A stretch of DNA of 45,880 nucleotides from Macrostomum lignano (taxonomy: Eukaryota). Shown here in pieces: positions 37,340 to 45,880 of this stretch. Every line of letters begins with the position of its first letter. Positions within the stretch are counted from its first letter, which is position 1. The position numbers and the translations under genes were made by a program. A model generated the notes under the pieces. It had not been told where the DNA came from, did no database searches, and was given only the letters and a program-made list of their open reading frames with translations. The stretch spans positions 1-45,880 of the forward strand of contig NIVC01004438.1 of the NCBI GenBank assembly GCA_002269645.1, given 5' to 3'.

Positions 37340-38525
37340 TGACTGTCTGTCCTACTAGTGTTTGTCTGTCATAGGGTCTGTCCTAGTATATGTCCTTGCG
37401 TCTGTCCTAGGGTCTGTCCTACTAGTGTCTGTCCCCGTGCGTCTGTCCTAGTGTCTGTCCCCGTGCGTCTGTCCTAGTGTCTGTCCTAGTGTCTATCCTT
37501 GCGTCTGTCATAGGGTCTGTCCTAGTATATGTCCTTGCGTCTGTCCTAGGGTCTGTCCTAGTGTCTGGCCTTGCGTCTGTCCTTGCGTCTGTCCTAGGGT
37601 CTGTCCTACTAGTGTCTGTCCTTGCGTCTGTCCTAGTGTCTGTCCTTGCGTCTGTCCTAGTGTCTATCCTTGCGTCTGTCATAGGGTCTGTCCTAGTATA
37701 TGTCCTTGCGTCTGTCCTAGGGTCTGTCCTAGTGTCTGGCCTTGCGTCTGTCCTTGCGTCTGTCCTAGGGTCTGTCCTACTAGTGTCTGTCCTTGCGTCT
37801 GTCCTAGTGTCTGTCCTTGCGTCTGTCCTAGTGTATGTCCTTGCATCAGTCCTAGTGTCTATCCTACTAGTGTCTATCCTACTAGTGTCTGTCTTAGTGT
37901 CTGTCCTAATGTCTGTCCTAGTGTCAGTCCTAGTGTCTGTCCTAGTGTCTGTCCTAGTGTCTGTCCTAGTGTCAGTCCTAGTGTCAGTCCTAGTGTCTGT
38001 CCTAGTGTCAGTCCTAGTGTCAGTCCTAGTGTCTGTCATGCGTCTGTCCCAGTGTCAGTCCTAGTGTCAGTCCTAGTGTCAGTCCTAGTGTCAGTCCTAG
38101 TGTCAGTCCTAGTGTCAGTCCTAGTGTCAGTCCTAGTGTCAGTCCTAGTGTCAGTCCTAGTGTCAGTCCTAGTGTCAGTCCTAGTGTCAGTCCTAGTGTC
38201 TGTCATTCGTCTGTCCTAGTGTCAGCCCTAGTGTCTGTCCCAGTGCCTCTCCCATTGTCTGTGCTAGTGTCAGTCCTAGTGTCAGTCCTAGTGTCAGTCC
38301 TAGTGTCAGCCCTAGTGTCTGTCCCAGTGCCTCTCCTATTGTCTGTGCTAGTGTCAGTCCTAGTGTCAGTCCTAGTATCAGTCCTAGTGTCAGTCCTAGT
38401 GTCAGTCCTAGTGTCAGTCCTAGTATCAGTCCTAGTGTCAGTCCTAGTGTCAGTCCTAGTGACAGTCCTAGTGTCAGTCCTAGTGTCAGTCCTAGTGTCA
38501 GTCCTAGTGTCAGTCCTAGTGTCTG
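37340..38525. repeat. Compound 12-bp minisatellite family (GTGTCTGTCCTA / GTGTCAGTCCTA / GCGTCTGTCCTT) with a 171-bp duplicated block
   Basis: Directly visible; the marker GTCTATCCT at 37491 and 37662 gives the 171-bp period. Confidence 0.95.
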
Positions 38526-39094
38526 CCCTCGTTTTTATGCCTAGCCGCGCCCAGCCAATGCCGAACGCCCGTGTTCAATAAGAAAATAAACCTGCTTTCA
38601 ATCGCAATTTTTCCATTTTTGAAAACTTTCGAATTTTAATAACTTCACTCACTCACTTACTTCATTAGAATCCCAAATGATTCTGGAAATGGCACCCTCA
38701 CCCAGTTACTTGGCGGCCTCGTTAAATACCCTTCCGGACAGGGTTTGATCTGCTGAGAATTGTCCGGCTTTTATTTTGACTTTGCTGGGATCTGCACCGC
38801 CCATTCCCAATCAGAGGCCATTCAAGGCGAGCTCAAACTGGGCCGCTTGTCCCGCCAGATCCCACTTTATCCCAGCTTCCCAATGTGGTTCTCCATCCCC
38901 CTCTCCCCTTCTGCATGCAGTCCCAATTACTTGATGAGGATCGATTTTTGCTCGCGGTCAAGCAAATGCGAGGGGAGCGAAGTCCCGCAGTGGACTGTGG
39001 GCGGCGCATTTTGGTTCATTTTTAGTGCCGTCAAAGCTGTCTGCTGCCGATTCGATTAGGACATTACTGAGATGACGCTAATAATGTAGACATT

Positions 39095-39712
39095 GGGATA
39101 GGCACTAGCACAGACAATAGGGCTGACACTAGCACAGACAATAGGGCTGACACTATTACAGACAATAGGGCTGACACTATTACAGACAATAGGGCTGACA
39201 CTAGGACAGACACTAGGACCGACACTAGGAGAGACACTAGGACAGAAACTAGGAGAGACACTAGGACAGACACTAGGACAGAAACTAGGAGAGACACTAG
39301 GACAGACACTAGGACAGACACTAGGACAGACACTAAGACAGACACTAGGACAGACACTATTGCAGACTCTAGGACAGACACTAGGACAGAAACTAGGAGA
39401 GACACTAGGACAGACACTAGGACAGACACTAGGACAGACACTAGGACAGACACTAAGACAGACACTAGGACAGACACTATTGCAGACACTAGGAGAGACA
39501 CTAGGACAGACACTAAGACAGACACTAGGACAGACACTATTGCAGACACTAGGAGAGACACTAGGACAGACACTAAGACAGACACTAGGACAGACACTAT
39601 TGCAGACACTAGGAGAGACACTAGGACAGACACTAAGACAGACACTAGGACAGACACTATTGCAGACACTAGGAGAGACACTAGGACAGACACTAAGACA
39701 GACTCTAGGACA
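39095..39712. repeat. 12-bp minisatellite (GACAGACACTAG) with a 60-bp higher-order unit, inverted relative to 37340-38525
   Basis: Reverse complement of the GTGTCTGTCCTA family; identical 60-bp blocks at 39481, 39541 and 39601. Confidence 0.95.
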
Positions 39713-40360
39713 GCGACGCCCAGAAGGCCTGCAGGTGCCTATCAGGAAGGGAGTCAATTGATGAACATTTTGGCCACAGGAAAAGAAGAAAACACAAAAA
39801 ATATGCCGGCATCTTGGAACCATTCTAACTGCTTACTGAGTCCGAATCAGTCTATAAAATTCTCCATTCCCAGTGACTCCTCACTTCCGTCCCTCTCTCG
39901 CGCAGGCTGGTCGGGTTGAGTTTCGCATGGCCGCACACGCCGCCAGAAAGTATAACGCACTGACTCACTAATCAGCATTATTCCTGTCCCGGGCATCCGT
40001 GACTGTGCCTGGCTTTAACTGGCATCAATTGGTCTTCGCCTTCTTCGCTAGCAAATTTATTTAGACTGCTGGGAGCCTAGGAAGAGTGTTCAAGGAGGAA
40101 TTCTTTGCCCATATTTGAGCTGAAGAAGGGCCTGATGAAGTCTTTCCTCTCCCAGCTGAGAGACCAAATGCGACGGATCTCAATGCCTGTCCGTTGTCAC
40201 GCAATGTGCACAATTTTCATTCACAGCTCTGCAGAGTGCATAAATTCCTGCACACTCTGGGAATTAAAACCGCTGATGAAGTTATTGATAGTTATAGCTA
40301 TTTATTCACAGTGAGAATTTCCTTTGAGAATGGAGTTGTTCGGTATAATTGGTGGTAATA

Positions 40361-40500
40361 TCGCTTTGTCGCTTTGCACGGATGAATTTGCACGGGGTAT
40401 ATTTGGTGGTACTGTCGCTTTGTCGCTTTGCACGGATGAATTTGCACGGGGTATATTTGGTGGTACTGTCGCTTTGTCGCTTTGCACGGATGAATTTGCG
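40361..40500. repeat. 54-bp tandem repeat, about 2.5 copies
   Basis: TCGCTTTGTCGCTTTGCACGGATGAATTTGC occurs three times at 54-bp spacing. Confidence 0.9.
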
Positions 40501-41480
40501 GGCCAAATTATTGAGATACAATTTGGTTATATTTTAAATTTCAATTGGTTATTCTCTTTTATTGAATCGGAGAAATCAGCCTCCATGCTACGAGCGTAGT
40601 CCTCCTGAACATTTTACAAAAACTTCCTTCAAATGAAAGTTCGCTTCCTAAATTCCTGCCAAAAAGCTCCAGTTTTTCTCCCAGCCCCACACAGTTCTGT
40701 CTCCTAAACCGGCATCTGCAATCTGGCTGACCCGATCTTCACAGACCAGCGCTTCCACGCCGCTGCGACGATCCGTCACACACAAATGGACGGACGCGTC
40801 CGCGAAAGTCCAAGTTGTCAGAGTTTTTATCCAGCTAATTTCCTTTTCATCTCTGCGCGTCTTGATTTTCCAATTATTCAGCCAATTTCATAAGACACCA
40901 GACAGGCAGGCTTTAGCTGGCTGGACAATTCGTTACTCGCGACAGCAATAGTTACAAGATTCGCCAAGTCCCCCACACACTCAGGTGATAACTATGTTGG
41001 ACCTGGCTAGTTAATCCAATCACAATCCAACGGATTTGTGTTATTTTCATGCGAAATCCCAGCTTTTTCAATAGTACGTATCTAAACCCCCGGCTCAAGT
41101 GAAGAGAATGCATGTAGTAAGAGAAGTTTCTTTGCTCAAACGTTGGTAATTAGATGCACCGGAGCTCGAGTGCTGCAGAAGCATAGGGATTTCCCTGTAT
41201 CCCCTTCTGTCTGAGCGGCGGCAATCTTCACAAAGTCAATTTTCTGTTAAGCCTCCCCCTGCCCTGACCAGCCGCAGTCGCTCACAGCACCGAAGCCGGG
41301 TGTCCCAGCGGCTTGCGGCTTAAGTCCCAATATGCTGCGCTTATTACTAGCAGTAAATGGTTCAGTCTCAACCCATCGATAATGAAATTGTCTCCGCGGG
41401 CGAAGGAGTAGAAGAAGAATAAGAAAAAAATAACAAAAAACGGATTAGCTACGGCTGATCGATCTGAAAGTCGCGCCAGG

Positions 41481-41980
41481 CAGAGGCTGGGATGGGAACA
41501 TGAAGCATGGGACATTGCAAGTGTGTCAAGCAGAGGCTGGGATGGGAACATGAAGCATGGGACATTGCAAGTGAATCAAGCAGAGGCTGGGATGGGAACA
41601 TGAAGCATGGGACATTGCAAGTGAATCAAGCAGAGGCTGGGATGGGAACATGAAGCATGGGACATTGCAAGTGAATCAAGCAGAGGCTGGGATGGGAACA
41701 TGAAGCATGGGACATTGCAAGTGTGTCAAGCAGAGGCTGGGATGGGAACATGAAGCATGGGACATTGCAAGTGTGCCAAGCAGAGGCTGGGATGGGAACA
41801 TGAAGCATGGGACATTGCAAGTGTGCCAAGCAGATGCTGGGATGGGAACATGAAGCATGGGACATTGCAAGTGTGCCAGGCAGAGGCTGGGATGGGAACA
41901 TGAAGCATGGGACATTGCAAGTGTGTCAAGCAGAGGCTGGGATGGGAACATGAAGCATGGGACATTGCAAGCGTGTCAAG
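41481..41980. repeat. 50-bp minisatellite, 10 units
   Basis: CAGAGGCTGGGATGGGAACATGAAGCATGGGACATTGCAAGTGTGTCAAG repeats at exact 50-bp steps. Confidence 0.98.
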
Positions 41981-42993
41981 CAAGTCATACGCCAAGCAAA
42001 GCGTAATGAGTATCGCATCGCATACAATCATTGGAGCTGCTTTTTAGTTGCTGCTTGACCGCAACTTTGGCTGAACTGAACTCAGATAAATCCATGCAGA
42101 TCACGCACTGGGAGCAGTGTGATACATAAAGTGCATTGCAGTCAGAGGCTTACACAGATTCCCCCGTGCAGATTTCCAATACTAGCAGCGCTCACTGTTC
42201 ACACCGCGGCGCGCTGCTTGGGTGGGTGGGGGATGTCTTTTTATCGGACCGCTGCATCGCTATAGGCATGGGATGGGGATGGGATGGGGAGCGGAAAATG
42301 GGATAAGGGGACCGGGCGCGACAGGCAGCAAGCTGAGATGGAGGAAGACAAATCCTTCGCGAAATTGCACTGCACTTCCAGCTTCCCACAGCCGCGCTCT
42401 CCGTGGACTCTCTCCTGCAGACTCTTTTTTTTCGTTTTCTCCGTCGATCTTAGCGGTCTCTGGTGGATTCGCCGCGCAGGCCAGCTCAGCCCAGAGCTGA
42501 ACTCCGGCTTTGCTTGCTTTGCGCTGGGAGGAGGGGCGAAAATTGCCCGAACATTTGTCGGTTAAGCGTTTCTTCCTCGGGAATTTATTTTCTGCCATTT
42601 GTAGACAAAAAAGCCAAAAACTTGCTTGCGTCCGATGCTTTCAATAGCGATGCGTCTATAAGAGGCTGAGCAAGGCCAAGGAAATCAGTTCGATTAGCAC
42701 ATAGGTGACCGGCTTTAGGCACCTTGTATTTACATTGGAATATTATAACAATAAATCATGACGCAATGATGAATGGCTGCAATGATCAAGCCACGGGCAT
42801 ACGGGAAGGCAATTACTAATAATTTAACGACAGGATTGAGGAATACCTGATTTTTTACTCGATTAATTTTCCTTTTTCATGTCGAGCTACAAACCGAAAA
42901 TCTTATAAGTCTACTAAGCCATATTATTAACCAGCTACTCATAGTAATCTGGCTGACATTTCAACTGAAAACTAATCCCCCTCCCTTCTGCAG

Positions 42994-43553
42994 GCTGCAT
43001 TGTGACTGGCTTGGCCATACCGATCATTGGAAACAACTTCAACACCTACTACAAGTACATGCAGAACCACCTGAAGGAGACAAAGTACATGAAGATAATG
43101 CAGAAGGACAATCAGAGCCAGCAGTGCAGCGGCCGCTATGGCCAAGGCGGCAACAAGAAGTTCATCCAACGAAATCACGACATGGACGACAAAGCGATGA
43201 ACGGCCTGATCAAGAAGAACCGGCAGCAGAACTTCTCCGCCAGGATGCCGCCGCCCATGGCCAGGCCGGCCACAACCGGCGGCTCCCCCCGAGACGTTGA
43301 CAGCCCGGTGAAGACCGCCGCCACCGCGGCTGCTGAAGCCGCCCCAACGCCCGCAGTTGTCGAAGAGTCCGTGTCAGAGACAATAACAACGGTGGCAGTG
43401 GTTGAGGAGGCCAAGATCGCCACCATGGCCGCTGTCGAATCATCACCGACTCCGCCGCCACCCCCGCCGACGCCGCCGCCGCCGCCGCCGCCACAGTCGG
43501 CTCCGTGCGCAGTGGAAGAGTCGATGGTGGAAGAGCAGGAGCAGTTTGTGTAG
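42994..43553 (+). CDS. Kv channel coding exon 3: second half of S6 and cytoplasmic C-terminus
   Basis: Branch-like ACTAAT at 42971 is followed by a pyrimidine tract and CAG| at 42993. The phase-1 join restores AVSG-CIVTGLAIPIIGNNFNTYY, which aligns with the Kv S6 GVLxIAxPVPVIVxNF. TAG stop at 43551-43553. Confidence 0.92.
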
Positions 43554-43773
43554 CAATCAGCTGCACGCAGGTCTGTCAGTTAACGCGAACTGACCAACTT
43601 GCGACTTTGTTTTTTGAGCGGCAAAAGGCGAATCACCTTTAGAGTAATTGAGTCTGGTAAGCAACATCAACATTGATTCACCCCATGGGGCTTCTAACCG
43701 CCATAATAAGTGTTATAGTTAAGATATAATTGATGCGATACCGGTAGAGATGTTGTTTTACTGTCCTAATTAA

Positions 43774-43779
43774 AATAAA
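43774..43779 (+). terminator. Putative polyadenylation signal of the Kv gene
   Basis: AATAAA (overlapping ATTAAA) lies about 220 nt after the stop codon and is followed by a GT-rich stretch. Confidence 0.5.
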
Positions 43780-45529
43780 CATTGTTGCTTAAGTGCATGT
43801 CAATCATACATAATAAAAGTACAAATTGCTTGAGTTGTGCAGGATTCTAATCGATTCTGCGGCTTCATCTGTAACGAATTTATTTCGTGAGAGTCTCTCA
43901 GTCTTACTCCTATGTCTATGAGCTGTATTAATTCGAATCTCACTATCATGATGAGGCAGTACAAAGCTTTGCTTAGTTATTCTATTCCTACAGATGTAGA
44001 CGTACTGCTGGCCCAGTTCCACAGAACTTTATTCTGACATGCTCTATATATAAAATGATATAAACTACTCGTATTGCTATTTATTCCCGATTTTGCGCAA
44101 CTTGCACCTGGTATAATTAGTGTAAATTTAATCATCTGAGCACAAGCGAATCATAAAATATCGTTTGAACTACGGTATTACTCATGAAGTTTTGTAGATC
44201 AGAAATCGTGATAGCTAGAACAACAGTGCTAGGATTATAACGCCATTGTTCTTTTCACCGATTTAAAAAAATTTTTAAACCCGGAAAATATTCACGAATG
44301 GCTGTATGTAATTTCGCGAAACGCAATTTTTCCGGGTTTTTTGGTTTTTTAATGGCATAATGCGAGCTGTCACTACATCGGAAATGTATTCTCTGAGTGT
44401 CTTATACAGAATATATTTTTCCTTGTCTGCAATGTACTATTACTATTCCTGTGCTGGTTTTTCACTAATTGAATCTCTATTGAATATTCATATGTGCAAC
44501 TTAGCACACATGCATTAATCTTGTTTGTGTAAAACCATGCGTTTGGCCATCGTTAATTAAAATCTTTACTTCCGTTAACGGAACGTAGCGTTAACGTACG
44601 AATGAAAAATGAATTTAAATTAATTTTTAACGCATATGTGTTCGTTAAAATTAAAAACATCTCTACGGTCAACCGTTAATAAGCGTCAACCCGTTAACGT
44701 TAACTTTTAGAGTCTTAATTTTCTATTTTACTAGTGCAGAAACTTGCTGTGCCTTCGTTGACTCATTACATTAGGTTACCAACTGATGATAACACAGTTC
44801 TGCTAATTAGTTTCAGCTCAAGCAGGTAGCATTTTCACCGCCTCCGGACCAGTGGAGACGCAGCTCTGTTGAGGACCCCAGTTCGGTGTTGGCTTCATCA
44901 GGAATCTGACTCTCTCCAGAAACGAACCTTTGCCAACCTGCAGTAATTCATGTACATAAGCGATGTATTTAGAAAATATCCAAGTCGCAAAAACCACGTG
45001 TACAAGTGGCTACCATGGAAGGTGCCACCTGTATCAGGTGGAATTACTTAACTATGACTATATGCACTTCGCCGCTTGAGCAAGTATACTCGTAAATGTC
45101 CGCAGGAGGGCTTGCCCTGGCGCAGCGTCTTCAGCGACATCGCCCCCGCAACTAGCAAGTGAGGCAATTCTGCCCGTTCCGCTGACTTCTGAGCGTGCAG
45201 ATACTGTACGCAGGCACCAAGGATGATACTACAAGTATTTAACAACTGGAATGTCAGACTGGCGCTAAAGCTTGCTTAAATTTTGACCCGCAAACCCTTC
45301 CTTCATGCTCATTGGCTGGAGGGTTTCAAATACACTAGGAAGATATATAACAAGCTTGCAAACACACCCCTTACATTCATCTCCTCTACCCACCACGGCC
45401 CACCAGCCCTCCCGTCTGTTTTTCTAACCCCCAGGCAATGTTTTGTACATAGGTCAGTATAGCAAGTGAGCTAAAAATAGCAGCCAATGAGGAGGAAGCA
45501 GGGGTTTCGCGAGTCACATTTTATTTAGG

Positions 45530-45880
45530 GGGGGGATCACAAACCCGAAAAATCACAACTCCGAAAAGCGCTTTCCATCATAAACCCGAAATATCATAAA
45601 CCCGAAAAATCACAACTCCGAAAAACAAAATAGCAACGCGCATCATAAACCGAAATATCATAAACCCGAATAATCACAAACCCGAAATATCATAACTCCG
45701 AAAGTTCTAGCAATGTCCAACACGTTGTATCATGTAGTTATGATATTTCGGGTTTATGATGAGCTTGCTAACACTTTCGGGTTTATGATATTTCGGGTTT
45801 ATGATGAGCGTTGCTATTAATTTTCGGAGTTATGATTTTTCGGGTTTGTGATATTTCGGGTTATGATGGGCGTTACTATT
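45530..45880. mobile_element. Foldback/MITE-like palindromic element with ~16-bp subrepeats, running off the window end
   Basis: Left arm (ATCATAAACCCGAAAT)n faces right arm (ATTTCGGGTTTATGAT)n around a unique centre at about 45704-45736. AATAGCAACGC and GCGTTGCTATT are also inverted. Confidence 0.75.

Larger units (their letters stand above)
14861..43553 (+). other. Shaw: Spliced gene model: Shaw/Kv3 (KCNC)-like voltage-gated potassium channel alpha subunit, 3 coding exons, 592 aa
   Basis: Exons 468+751+560 = 1779 nt join in frame through canonical GT-AG introns (phase 0: 15329-35899; phase 1: 36651-42993). They give T1, S1-S6, the pore (TTVGYGD) and a C-tail. The symbol is family-level only; orthology was not tested. 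Confidence 0.92.

Noticed and set aside
38975-39059. QWTVGGAFWFIFSAV resembles a K2P or glutamate-receptor pore-helix entry, raising the idea of an alternative pore exon between the inverted arrays
   Set aside because: No TxGYG/GFG filter follows, the rest of the ORF has no channel similarity, and it lies after the S6-splitting donor where a pore exon would not fit.
40132-40180. CTGATGA followed by a GTCT/AGAC stem as a hammerhead ribozyme core
   Set aside because: The required GAAA is CAAA, the G10.1-C11.1 pair is absent, and I could not form stems I and III.
43536-43553. C-terminal EQFV as a PDZ-binding motif
   Set aside because: Position -2 is Gln, which fits none of the class I, II or III consensuses.

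Overview
This is eukaryotic (animal) genomic DNA, not prokaryotic. Evidence: GT-AG spliced exons, tRNA-derived SINEs, a (CCCTAA)n tract, and roughly 45% tandem repeat by my hand tally. The style fits a repeat-rich invertebrate such as a free-living flatworm, but I did not verify the species. The main gene is a 3-coding-exon, + strand Shaw/Kv3-like voltage-gated K+ channel alpha subunit (14861-15328, 35900-36650, 42994-43553; 1779 nt, 592 aa). Its T1 zinc motif and TTVGYGD filter are intact, but its gating machinery is atypical: the two outer S4 arginines are replaced (F, Q), and the S6 gate PVPVIV reads AIPIIG. It is therefore a candidate regulatory ('silent') or weakly voltage-dependent subunit. 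Intron 1 (20.6 kb) contains a ~13.4 kb array of a 22-bp satellite. The consensus monomer lacks AG and GT on the sense strand, is built from two 11-bp halves, and appears to have grown from the end of an adjacent degenerate ~460-bp repeat that carries a telomere-like tract. A probable second, divergently oriented gene begins near 8.5 kb on the - strand. The rest is micro/minisatellites, two SINE families with conserved hairpins, and MITE-like elements. Nearly all long ORFs in the supplied track are repeat artefacts. I found no CRISPR array, rRNA or intact tRNA gene.
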